A stretch of 64,000 nucleotides of DNA from Minisyncoccota bacterium. GTDB taxonomy: Bacteria; Patescibacteriota; Minisyncoccia; Phycocordibacterales; UBA9973. Below the pieces are notes generated by a model, which worked only from the letters and a program-made list of their open reading frames with translations, had not been told where the DNA came from and did no database searches. Location of the stretch: NCBI GenBank assembly GCA_041666045.1, contig JBAYHR010000003.1, forward strand, positions 2,208 through 66,207. The letters are read 5' to 3'. The position numbers and the translations under genes are program-made. Shown in pieces: positions 21,849 through 30,783 of the stretch (within the stretch, counting starts at the first letter, position 1; every line of letters begins with the position of its first letter).

Positions 21849-23375
21849 ATGAAATTAACCAAAACCGATTATTTAATATATCGAGATTGCGCCAAAAATG
21901 CATGGCTGAAAGTGCATAAGCCAGATGTATATTTTTCAAAGCCATTATCAGCTTTTGATCAGACGATAATAGATACAGGTAATGAAGTTGATATTTTAGC
22001 TCGGGATTTGTTTCCTGGAGGTGTTTTGGTTGACGATCGTGATGATAGAGTTAAGACAATGAAATTAGTTAAAGATAAAACACCTGTCATATATCAGCCA
22101 GTTTTTGAAACAGATTTATATAAAATGGTTTGTGATATTTTAGTCTGGAATAATGATTCTAAAGTTTATGATTTATATGAAGTAAAAGCATCAAATAGTG
22201 GAGACCCCAAAGGAAAGGGTACTTCCTACGGGGCAGGAAATAAAAAAGCAAAAGATGAACTTTATGCATATGACATAGCATTTCAATATTTAGTTATGGA
22301 AGAATTAGGGATTCCTTTAGGTAAATTATTTCTCGTGAGATTCAATAATCAATATGTGAGGGGAGTAGAATTAGATTTGAATCAGCTTTTTATAAAAGAA
22401 GATTTTACGGAAAATATTAAAGGAGTTATCGATACAGTTGCTGGAGAAATGAAAATCACACAAGAATTTCTTTCTCAAGAAGAAGAACCATTTGGTGATT
22501 GTAAATGTATTGCCCGTGGAAGAAGTTCTCACTGCACTACTTTTGCTCATTCAAATCCTCATGTGCCAGAATATAGTGTGCATGATATTTCTAGAATTGG
22601 TATGTCTAAAAAGAAATTGGCAGATTTAGTAGATAGTAATATTTTTCATATTCATGAAGTACCAGATGATTTTCCTTTGAGTGAGAAACAGAGAAATCAA
22701 GTTGATGCTACGAAGTTTGATAAAATATTTGTAAATAAAAAAGAAATAAGTGATTTTCTTGAAAAAATTTCTTTTCCAATTTCATTTTTAGATTATGAAA
22801 CTTTTGCGGCTGGTGTTCCTAGGTTTGTTGGATTTAGCCCTTTTAATCAAATAACATTTCAATTTTCATTACATATTTCTGAAGATAAAAATACAGAACC
22901 AAAACATAAAGAATTTATTTTTACAGAAAACAAAAATCCAGACGAAGAATTCATTTTAGCTTTGAAAGAAAAATTACCCAATAAGGGTTCTATTATTGTT
23001 TGGAATAAAAGTTTTGAAATTGGAAGAAATAAAGATTTAGCAAATAGAAATCCAGAACATAAAGCATTTTTAGAAGAACTTAATTCTAGGGTTATTGACC
23101 TTATGGATGTTTTTTCAGATCAACATTATATTCATCCAAAATTTAAAGGGAAAACCTCTATAAAATATATTTTGCCTGTGCTTGCGCCAGAATTATCTTA
23201 TAAAGCGCTTGATATACAAGAGGGGGCAACTGCTTCAGATACATGGAATAAGATTGTACGCGGTGATTATTCTAAAGAAGAAGCACTTAAACAAATAGAA
23301 TATTTAAAAACATATTGCAAACTTGATACTTATGCAATGTATGCAATTTGGAAACATTTAATTGAAATAGATTAA
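21849..23375 (+). CDS. DUF2779-domain protein (PD-(D/E)xK-like N-terminus, RNase H-like C-terminus)
   Basis: LTKTDY..C.K..WL, DIL..EVKAS, DIAFQ, FLDYET, FQFSLH, SIKYILP, YCKLDT. Confidence 0.85.
   Translation: MKLTKTDYLIYRDCAKNAWLKVHKPDVYFSKPLSAFDQTIIDTGNEVDILARDLFPGGVLVDDRDDRVKTMKLVKDKTPVIYQPVFETDLYKMVCDILVWNNDSKVYDLYEVKASNSGDPKGKGTSYGAGNKKAKDELYAYDIAFQYLVMEELGIPLGKLFLVRFNNQYVRGVELDLNQLFIKEDFTENIKGVIDTVAGEMKITQEFLSQEEEPFGDCKCIARGRSSHCTTFAHSNPHVPEYSVHDISRIGMSKKKLADLVDSNIFHIHEVPDDFPLSEKQRNQVDATKFDKIFVNKKEISDFLEKISFPISFLDYETFAAGVPRFVGFSPFNQITFQFSLHISEDKNTEPKHKEFIFTENKNPDEEFILALKEKLPNKGSIIVWNKSFEIGRNKDLANRNPEHKAFLEELNSRVIDLMDVFSDQHYIHPKFKGKTSIKYILPVLAPELSYKALDIQEGATASDTWNKIVRGDYSKEEALKQIEYLKTYCKLDTYAMYAIWKHLIEID
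22204..22237 (+). mobile_element. CTACGGGGCA(A/G)G-family hairpin, in frame in the DUF2779 gene
   Basis: ACCCCAAAGGAA...TTCCTACGGGGCAGG; same tail as 40449-40491 (reverse) and 62296-62331. Confidence 0.65.
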
Positions 23376-23472
23376 AATCTAGGGCCGTTGTCTAGCCAAC
23401 CTAGGTAAAATGCTAATATTAAAAATATTGCGATTAATATAATTAAAAATATGTAAGGTTTTTTCATATTAT

Positions 23473-24621
23473 TTATCGAATTTGTGCACCAAAAGTTTTT
23501 TGAGTTGCTTCTTCTATTTTTTTATGAAGTTCGTCGATTTCAGAGGAAACTAAAGTTTTATCTAAAGATCGATAAGTAATTCTGAAAGCATAACTTATTT
23601 TTTCTACTCCAAATTTTTCAGTGTTTTCATATTTATCTAAAAGTTTTACTTCCTCCACTAAATCAGGAGCATTTTCTCTAACTAAATCAAAATAATCATT
23701 TGGAACAAAAGTATTTGGAACAATAAAAGAGATATCACGCACGATAGGTGGATATTTACTAACTTCTTCGAATTTATTTCCAAGTTTTAATTGTTTGATT
23801 ACACGTTCATCTTCAGACCAGAGTAAACGAATATCTGGTAAATCCATACTGATGATAGCTAGACGTTCAAGTCCAAAACCGAAAGCCCAATTGCTCCATT
23901 CATTTGGATCAAGTCCAAGATTTTTTATAATTGTATCTGTCATAATTCCACAACCGAGAACTTCAATCCATCTTCCAGCAATTTCAACTTCCATTTCAAG
24001 TGATGGGTCAGTATATGGGAAAGTGTCTTTATTGAATCTATATTTTATTTCAGGCCCAAAGACAGCTTTGGCAATATCAGCTAAAACATTTTGTAAATCT
24101 TCTATGCCTATAACTCTTTTGCTTTTTGGAATTAAGAAACCGCCATCCATTTGATGGAAAACATTCATATGATTGCGATCAATTTCATCTTTTCTATATA
24201 CTTTACCAAAAGAGAAAAAGCCGACTGCTTCACCACGCGATATTTTTTCTTTTACTTCTGGCTGTGATAAATAGTAATACCACATTATAGTTGTGTGTGG
24301 GCGTAAAATATTTGTATCATCAATAAAATAAGTATCAGAGTGTGAACGAGCAGGATGATTAGGAGCGAAATTATAAAGATCGAAAGTTACACTTGTAGGT
24401 ACTATTTCTGGACTTTTAATAATATCAAAATTTTTGAAATCAGGTTGAGCTAAAATTCTTTCTACTATTTCATTAATAGGGGAAGATGGAGTACGGGACA
24501 AGTCTGGCATAGACATATATCGTTTCATTTGGAGAGATTCAGTATCGTTCCTGGCTTCTAATTTTTGAAGTAATTCTTTTTCTTCTGGCAATTTAATATC
24601 GTATTCTTTGTTAGTAATCAT
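23473..24621 (-). CDS. pheS: Single-chain phenylalanyl-tRNA synthetase (alpha catalytic domain + FDX-ACB anticodon-binding domain)
   Basis: HPARSHSDTYF, LRPHTT, GKVYRKDEID..H..VFHQ, FPYTDPS, FGFGLERL, then SKYPPIVRDISF...RITYRSLDKTL. Confidence 0.92.
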   Translation of the reverse strand: MITNKEYDIKLPEEKELLQKLEARNDTESLQMKRYMSMPDLSRTPSSPINEIVERILAQPDFKNFDIIKSPEIVPTSVTFDLYNFAPNHPARSHSDTYFIDDTNILRPHTTIMWYYYLSQPEVKEKISRGEAVGFFSFGKVYRKDEIDRNHMNVFHQMDGGFLIPKSKRVIGIEDLQNVLADIAKAVFGPEIKYRFNKDTFPYTDPSLEMEVEIAGRWIEVLGCGIMTDTIIKNLGLDPNEWSNWAFGFGLERLAIISMDLPDIRLLWSEDERVIKQLKLGNKFEEVSKYPPIVRDISFIVPNTFVPNDYFDLVRENAPDLVEEVKLLDKYENTEKFGVEKISYAFRITYRSLDKTLVSSEIDELHKKIEEATQKTFGAQIR

Positions 24622-24706
24622 TCTCTAAATATAATGAAAAATAGCTTAAAAGTAAAGGGGAAAAGACTAGTATTTAATACGAATTTTTGTTATTATATAA
24701 AAATAA

Positions 24707-26779
24707 ATGGCTAAAGAAAAAGAAGACAAAAAGGTACATCATTATAACGCAGAAGACATTTCAGTTCTTGAAGGTCTTGAACCAGTACGACGTCGTCCTG
24801 GTATGTATATAGGAACCACTGGTCCTGAAGGATTACATCATTTGATATGGGAAATTTTTGATAACTCTCGCGATGAAGCGATGGGAGGTTTTTGTAATGA
24901 TATTGAAGTTGTTGTGCTTCCTGGAAATCGTATTCGTGTAGCAGACAACGGCCGTGGTATTCCGGTTGATATTCATAAAAAAACAAAAGTGTCAGCTCTT
25001 GAAACTGTTATGACGACTTTGCATGCTGGAGGAAAATTCGGAGGTGAAGGATATAAAGTTTCTGGAGGTTTGCACGGAGTGGGTGCATCTGTTGTGAATG
25101 CTCTTTCTATTTATACAAAAGCAGAAGTGCATCGTGATGGAGGGAAGTATATGCAAGAATATGTGCAAGGAAAGAAAAAAGCTGCAGTTAAAAAAATAGG
25201 TTCATCAAAACTTAATGGATCTATTATTACGTTTCAGCCTGACGTAGAAATTTTTAAAGATATTAAATTTGATTGGAATACTATTGTTAGTCATATTCGT
25301 CAGCAAGCATATTTAGTGAAAGGTTTGAAAATTTTAATAATTGATGCGCGAGAATGGGACAATACAAAAGGACTTGATGATTCTGATGTTTTTTATTTTC
25401 GAGATCTTGGATTGGAACTTCCATCCACTTCTTTTTATTTCGAAGGTGGTTTAACTTCTCTTATTAAGTATTACAACAAATTTCAAAAACCAATTCAAAG
25501 TAATATTTTTTATGTTGAAAAAGAACTCGATAGTGTTGGAGTTGAAATCGCTCTTCAATATGTTGACGATATAGTAGATCGTATCATTCCTTTCGCTAAC
25601 AATATTTACACAGCAGAAGGAGGTACACATGTGACTGGTTTTAAAACTGCGCTTACAAGAACTTTAAATACATATTGCAAGAAGAATGAAATGATGAAAG
25701 AGTCTGAAGGTGGCTTCACCGGAGACGACGTTCTTGAAGGATTAACCGTTGTTATTTCTGTAAAACTTCGTGAAATTCAATTCGAAGGTCAGACTAAAGC
25801 AAAACTCGGAAGTATGGAAGCTCAAGGAGCGGTAGGAACTGTGTTTAGTGAAGCATTTGCTGCATTCTTAGAGGAAAACCCAGATGAGGCAAAAGTTATC
25901 ATTAATAAGTCAATTTTGGCCTTAAAGGCTCGTAAAGCTGCTAAAGCTGCGAAAGATTCAGTATTAAGAAAGGGTGCATTAGAAGGAATGACTCTTCCTG
26001 GAAAGTTGGCAGATTGTCAAAGTAAGAGTGCAGAAGAATCAGAATTGTTCTTGGTGGAGGGAGATTCCGCAGGAGGTTCAGCTAAACAAGGACGTGATAG
26101 ACGTATTCAAGCTATCCTTCCTCTTCGTGGAAAAATTTTGAATGTTGAACGTGCTCGTATTGATAAAATGCTTGCTTCAAAAGAAATAAGATCACTCGTG
26201 ATAGCTATGGGTACTTCAATAGGAGATACTTTTGATCTTGAAAAGATGCGTTATCATAAAATAATTATTGCGACAGATGCCGATGTTGACGGAGCGCACA
26301 TTCGTACACTTCTTCTTACTTTGTTTTATAGATATTTTAGACAAATTGTTGAAGCGGGATATATTTATATTGCTCAACCTCCACTTTATAAAATAAAGAA
26401 AGGTAAAGAAGTAAACTATGCTTATTCAGATGAAGAGAAAATAAAAATTATTGGAAAAGGTGTAGATGTGAGTGAGATAGAAAATTTGGAAGATCAAGTT
26501 GGTGGGGAAGAAGCCGAAGGTCCTGAGCTTGTCGAAGGAAAGGAGAGTAAAACTAAATCAACCAAAGTACATATTCAAAGATATAAAGGTCTCGGAGAAA
26601 TGAATCCAGAAGAACTTTGGGAGACAACAATGGATCCAGAACATCGTATCATTAAAAAAGTTGATATATCAGATGCAGAAGAAGCAAATAAAGTTTTTGA
26701 TATTCTCATGGGCTCCGAAGTTCCTCCACGTAAATCTTTTATTCAATCAAATGCAAAATTAGCAGATATTGATATTTAA
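24707..26779 (+). CDS. gyrB: DNA gyrase subunit B
   Basis: LEGLEPVRRRPGMYIG, DNGRGIP, GGLHGVG, VEGDSAGG, PLRGK, DADVDG, QRYKGLGEM. Confidence 0.97.
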   Translation: MAKEKEDKKVHHYNAEDISVLEGLEPVRRRPGMYIGTTGPEGLHHLIWEIFDNSRDEAMGGFCNDIEVVVLPGNRIRVADNGRGIPVDIHKKTKVSALETVMTTLHAGGKFGGEGYKVSGGLHGVGASVVNALSIYTKAEVHRDGGKYMQEYVQGKKKAAVKKIGSSKLNGSIITFQPDVEIFKDIKFDWNTIVSHIRQQAYLVKGLKILIIDAREWDNTKGLDDSDVFYFRDLGLELPSTSFYFEGGLTSLIKYYNKFQKPIQSNIFYVEKELDSVGVEIALQYVDDIVDRIIPFANNIYTAEGGTHVTGFKTALTRTLNTYCKKNEMMKESEGGFTGDDVLEGLTVVISVKLREIQFEGQTKAKLGSMEAQGAVGTVFSEAFAAFLEENPDEAKVIINKSILALKARKAAKAAKDSVLRKGALEGMTLPGKLADCQSKSAEESELFLVEGDSAGGSAKQGRDRRIQAILPLRGKILNVERARIDKMLASKEIRSLVIAMGTSIGDTFDLEKMRYHKIIIATDADVDGAHIRTLLLTLFYRYFRQIVEAGYIYIAQPPLYKIKKGKEVNYAYSDEEKIKIIGKGVDVSEIENLEDQVGGEEAEGPELVEGKESKTKSTKVHIQRYKGLGEMNPEELWETTMDPEHRIIKKVDISDAEEANKVFDILMGSEVPPRKSFIQSNAKLADIDI
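26520..26539 (-). mobile_element. REP-like 20-mer in frame in gyrB (exact reverse complement of 43451-43470)
   Basis: GTCCTGAGCTTGTCGAAGGA. Confidence 0.8.
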
Positions 26780-26782
26780 ATT

Positions 26783-26815
26783 AAAAAATCCGCATTGTAT
26801 TTGCGGATTTTTTTT
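26783..26815. terminator. Bidirectional intrinsic terminator after gyrB
   Basis: AAAAAATCCGCA...TGCGGATTTTTT. Confidence 0.8.
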
Positions 26816-26818
26816 AGG

Positions 26819-26957
26819 TTACCAGTTTTCAATGTCATCTGTAAATTCATTGTATTCCTTTTCATGTAAAGGTATCATTACTGGTCTTGTACTAAAGTTT
26901 GTAACTATTTTTTTGCAATATTCACAAAAAAAGATTCTATTGTACCAAGGAAATCTA
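26819..26957 (-). pseudogene. Probable start-less 3' gene remnant (..PWYNRIFFCEYCKK..DDIENW*)
   Basis: About 45 open codons with CxxC, cut off at the duplicated thrS end. Confidence 0.35.
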
Positions 26958-26994
26958 TTATTTTTTATTTTCTACTAGGTCTTTAATTTTTGCG
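26958..26994 (-). repeat. 37-bp duplicate of the thrS 3' end
   Basis: Identical to 28701-28737. Confidence 0.9.
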
Positions 26995-27006
26995 TTTGAT
27001 TTATGA

Positions 27007-27026
27007 GTTAACCTATGTTAACCTAT
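27007..27026 (+). promoter_or_regulatory. Tandem operator (GTTAACCTAT)x2 overlapping the promoter of the HTH-Fic pair
   Basis: Perfect 10-bp direct repeat with GTTAAC core; TTGATT-N17-TAACCT ends 6 nt before ATG. Confidence 0.6.
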
Positions 27027-27030
27027 ATAT

Positions 27031-27315
27031 ATGCCTAAAAATAAAGATATTTTAGAAAAAAGAGATAAAAATTATTATTCTGCACCAGAGATAGCCAAAC
27101 TCCTTGGTGTTTCTAGGGTGGCAATTTTTAAGAAAATTAAATCTGGTCAAATACATGCAGAAAAAATTGGTAGAAACTACATTATTCCAAAAGAAGAATA
27201 TGCTGCTATTTTAGGTCTTGTTATACCAGAACGTAGAAAAAGGGATATAGAAAATGCGGTTGAAAGAGTTGTAAAAAAATATGGTCCTGCGCTTCGCAAG
27301 CTTGGGGAAGAATAA
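27031..27315 (+). CDS. Excisionase-type HTH protein, putative antitoxin
   Basis: YSAPEIAKLLGVSRVAIFKKIKSG.I.AEKIGRNYII; upstream of Fic/Doc gene. Confidence 0.8.
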   Translation: MPKNKDILEKRDKNYYSAPEIAKLLGVSRVAIFKKIKSGQIHAEKIGRNYIIPKEEYAAILGLVIPERRKRDIENAVERVVKKYGPALRKLGEE

Positions 27316-27318
27316 TAT

Positions 27319-27762
27319 ATGGCACGTCAAGTAATAAAACGTATTAATTTGGCAGATGTGGAATATGTTGCTTTTAAGCTTGCTCAAAAATTTATGGAAT
27401 GGAATGAACCTATTCCAGATTTTAAAACACGTTTTCCTTATAAATTAGAAAGTTGTATTGAAACACCATTCCAGACTTTTGAAAGAAAAAGTTTATATAA
27501 AGGTTTAGTAGAAAAATCATCAATACTTTTTTATTTGATGGTAAAAAATCATCCATTTCAAAATGGGAATAAAAGGATTGCAATTACAACATTGATTTTC
27601 TTTTTAATACAAAATAGTAAGTGGCTTTCTGTATCGGATCAAAGTATTTATGAATTCGCGCGTGAAGTTGCAGAAAGTAAACCTGAAAATAGAGATGAAC
27701 AAATGCTTTCTATTCGTTCTTTTATTGAAAATAATATTGAAGATTATGATCCAAGTAAATAA
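27319..27762 (+). CDS. Fic/Doc family toxin
   Basis: HPFQNGNKR motif. Confidence 0.9.
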   Translation: MARQVIKRINLADVEYVAFKLAQKFMEWNEPIPDFKTRFPYKLESCIETPFQTFERKSLYKGLVEKSSILFYLMVKNHPFQNGNKRIAITTLIFFLIQNSKWLSVSDQSIYEFAREVAESKPENRDEQMLSIRSFIENNIEDYDPSK

Positions 27763-27764
27763 TC

Positions 27765-28385
27765 TTAAAAAAGTTTAGTTTGTTCAACAGGAGAATTTTC
27801 TTTTTCTTTGTTTTCTATTTCTTTTAAAAATTTTGGGATTTTTGCGAAATCTTTTTGAAGAGTTTCGCGCATTCCGCCGTTATATAGCGCAGCGGCTGGA
27901 TGATAAAGTGGAAGAAAATATTTTGTTTCTATTTTGTTGAATTTTTTAATTAAAAGTTTTCCATGGATTGCGGAAATTTTTTCAAGAGGAAAAAAGTCAT
28001 TCATTGAGTGACGTCCGAGGAAAACTATTAACTTTGGCTTTATAAAATTAAGTTCTTCTAAAAGCCAATCTCGGCAGGCGTCTTTTTCTTCTGGAAGTGG
28101 ATCGCGATTGTTGGGCGGACGATATTTTACAATATTAGTTATATAAATTTCTTCACGTTTTAACTTTATGCTTTCTAACATTTCAGCTAGGAATTTTCCT
28201 GCAGCGCCAACGAAAGGCACTCCTTGTTCATCTTCACTTTTTCCTGGTGCTTCGCCAATAAAGACGATTTCTGATTCAGGATTTCCGTTTCCTGGGACAG
28301 GTTGAGTCGCTGTCTTTTTTAATTCACACTTGCATTCTAAAAACCACTTTTTGTGAATTTTCTTTAATTCTTCATTTTTATCCAT
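27765..28385 (-). CDS. Uracil-DNA glycosylase family 4
   Basis: GEAPG..ED..G.PFVG.AG, TNIVKYRPP.NRDP, YHPAA. Confidence 0.93.
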   Translation of the reverse strand: MDKNEELKKIHKKWFLECKCELKKTATQPVPGNGNPESEIVFIGEAPGKSEDEQGVPFVGAAGKFLAEMLESIKLKREEIYITNIVKYRPPNNRDPLPEEKDACRDWLLEELNFIKPKLIVFLGRHSMNDFFPLEKISAIHGKLLIKKFNKIETKYFLPLYHPAAALYNGGMRETLQKDFAKIPKFLKEIENKEKENSPVEQTKLF

Positions 28386-28393
28386 AATTAGAA

Positions 28394-28696
28394 TTATTTT
28401 TCTCCTTTTAGAATTATTTTCTTTTCAAATCCGCCTTTTTCTTATAGTTTTTTACTTTTAACTTCTTCCACATTAGCGAATTCCGACAATTTTTTAATCG
28501 CTTCGATAACTTCTAAAATATCTGCTAATTCTTCAACATTTTTTAATTCAAGAAATTCTTTTGTTTCTTCGTCAAGTTTTTTAAATAATTCTTCTTTATA
28601 TTCTTCTGGGTTTGCAATCCTCTTTTCATAAGAAATACCTCTAGAATCTAAATGTTCTGGTATTTTATCTCTTACCAATTTATTATAACTTTCCAT
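28394..28696 (-). pseudogene. MazG-like/PRA-PH nucleotide pyrophosphohydrolase with premature TAA
   Basis: YNKLVRDKIP, EELADILEV; TAA at 28442-28444 is followed in frame by EKGGFEKKIILKGEK*. Confidence 0.75.
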
Positions 28697-28700
28697 AGTT

Positions 28701-30443
28701 TTATTTTTTATTTTCTACTAGGTCTTTAATTTTTGCGAGGAAATCGGAAGATGTAATGTTTTCTAATTTTTCACCTTCACGTCCTTCTACTGTTAGAGTT
28801 TTTGTTTCTTTTTCTTTATCACCAATAACTACAAGATATGGAATCTTTTGCATTTTTGCGCCACGGATTTTTTTACCTAAAGATTCATTTGTATCATCAA
28901 GTTCTACTCGCACTCCATTTTCTTTAAGAGTTTTGAAAACTTCATTAGCAAAATCTAAATGTTTGTCTGTAGAAATTGGTAATATTTTCACTTGAACAGG
29001 GGAAAGCCACAAAGGAAATGCTCCTGCGAAGTGTTCTATAAGCACACCCATGAATCTTTCAAGTGAGCCTGAAATAGCACGATGGATTACCACAGGGCGT
29101 TCTTTTTCATTCTTTTCATTTGCAAAGGATAAATCAAAACGTTCTGGTAAGTTGAAATCACATTGTATTGTAGCAAGTTGCCATTCTCGGCCGATTGAAT
29201 CTTTAAACATAAAGTCTAATTTTGGGCCATAAAAAGCTGCTTCATCTTTCGCTTCACGATAAGGAAGTTTTTCACTTTCACAAACATCTCTCAATGCTTT
29301 TTCTGCTGTGTCCCAAACTTCATCAGATCCTAGATATTTTGTTTTATCATCTCCGCGTAAAGAAAGACGAACCCAGTAATTGTTCATCATTCCGATAACT
29401 CCGTAAAATTCTTTTATGATATTTATGATAGTTTTTATTTCATCACCAATTTGATCTTTTCTGCAGAAAAGATGTCCGTCGTCTTGAGTGATAGCTCGTA
29501 CGCGGGTGAGTCCACCTAATTGTCCAGATTTTTCATCTCTATAAACTGTAGCTGGTTCGAAATATCGGACAGGCATATCACGATAAGAATATTGATCATC
29601 AATAAAGATTTGCATATGGTGAGGGCAGTTCATTGGTTTTAAGAAAAACTTCTCTTCTTTTCCTTGAACACGGAAAAGTTCATCACCAAATTTTGCAGCA
29701 TGTCCTGAAGTTTCGTAAAGTTTTTCTTTTGCTATATGAGGAGTCCATACTCTGGAGTATCCTTTGTCTTTATGTAAATCCCAAAGAAAATCTTCAATAG
29801 CTTTTCGAATAATCATTCCTTTTGGTTTTATAAGTGGCAAACCAGCTCCAACTAAATCAGAAATAGTGAAAAGTCCTAATTCGCGTCCTAATTTTTTATG
29901 GTCTCTTTTTTTAGCTTCTTCTCTTTGATTTATAAAAGCCTCGAGTTCTTCTTTATTTTCAAATGCAAGTCCGTAAATACGAGTAAGCATTTTGTTTTTT
30001 TCATCTCCGCGCCAGTATGCTCCCGCCACGCGATCTAATTTGAAACAATCAGGTGAGATTTCTTTTGAAGGATTTTCCATATGTCCTCCACGGCAAAGAT
30101 CTGTAAATTTACCACAAGTATAAAGAGTTATTTTTTCATTTTTTAATCCATCTATCAATTCTGTTTTGTATTCATTACCAGAAAAATATTTTTTTGCTTC
30201 ATCAAAAGTTTTTTCTTCTACAGAAAATTCTTTCCAAGTTTTTAATATTTCTCGCATCTTCTTTTCTATCTTTGGAAGATCTTTATCAGAAATAGGGGAT
30301 TTGAAATCAAAGTCATAATAAAATCCGTCATCTATTGGTGGCCCTAAAGTCACTTTTGTTTCAGGATATATTTCCAAAACAGCTGCTGCTAAAAGGTGAG
30401 CTAAAGAATGTCTTAAATTGTGTAATTTATCGTTTGTTTCCAT
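28701..30443 (-). CDS. thrS: Threonyl-tRNA synthetase (lacks N-terminal TGS domain)
   Basis: RHSLAHLLA, DLCRGGH, RDHKKLG, KPMNCP, AAFYGPKLD, HRAISGSLERF. Confidence 0.97.
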   Translation of the reverse strand: METNDKLHNLRHSLAHLLAAAVLEIYPETKVTLGPPIDDGFYYDFDFKSPISDKDLPKIEKKMREILKTWKEFSVEEKTFDEAKKYFSGNEYKTELIDGLKNEKITLYTCGKFTDLCRGGHMENPSKEISPDCFKLDRVAGAYWRGDEKNKMLTRIYGLAFENKEELEAFINQREEAKKRDHKKLGRELGLFTISDLVGAGLPLIKPKGMIIRKAIEDFLWDLHKDKGYSRVWTPHIAKEKLYETSGHAAKFGDELFRVQGKEEKFFLKPMNCPHHMQIFIDDQYSYRDMPVRYFEPATVYRDEKSGQLGGLTRVRAITQDDGHLFCRKDQIGDEIKTIINIIKEFYGVIGMMNNYWVRLSLRGDDKTKYLGSDEVWDTAEKALRDVCESEKLPYREAKDEAAFYGPKLDFMFKDSIGREWQLATIQCDFNLPERFDLSFANEKNEKERPVVIHRAISGSLERFMGVLIEHFAGAFPLWLSPVQVKILPISTDKHLDFANEVFKTLKENGVRVELDDTNESLGKKIRGAKMQKIPYLVVIGDKEKETKTLTVEGREGEKLENITSSDFLAKIKDLVENKK

Positions 30444-30526
30444 AAGTCTTATAATATCATATTTTTTTATTTTTTCTACTAATTTATTTTGCATTTTATA
30501 TTTAATATGTTAGTATAGATTACATT

Positions 30527-30754
30527 ATGGTAGTAAGAATGAGACATACAAAATCGCATACAGCCAACAGGCGTTCACATCATGCTCTAAAAAGCACGAG
30601 TTTTGCAAAGTGTGAGAATTGCAAGGAATTAAAGAGACGTCACACAGTTTGCCAATCTTGTGGATTTTACCGTGGTATGAAGGTTATTGATTTGATAAAA
30701 AAGACAGAAAAGAAGCAAAAGAAAGCAAAGGCTAAAAAAGTAGAAGCAAAATAA
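30527..30754 (+). CDS. rpmF: 50S ribosomal protein bL32
   Basis: RRSHHAL, CENC...RHTVCQSCGFYRG. Confidence 0.93.
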   Translation: MVVRMRHTKSHTANRRSHHALKSTSFAKCENCKELKRRHTVCQSCGFYRGMKVIDLIKKTEKKQKKAKAKKVEAK

Positions 30755-30783
30755 AAATAAGTTAATTTTTGTTTTTTAAAATT

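Noticed and set aside
27031-27315. Prophage excisionase
   Set aside because: No integrase or phage genes; adjacency to Fic/Doc and an operator repeat favour an antitoxin.
28442-28444. Stop-codon reassignment
   Set aside because: Single TAA case; TAA, TAG and TGA all terminate genes normally here, consistent with code 11.
30461-30481. Third copy of the thrS-end repeat
   Set aside because: Only a short, low-complexity T-rich match, probably chance.
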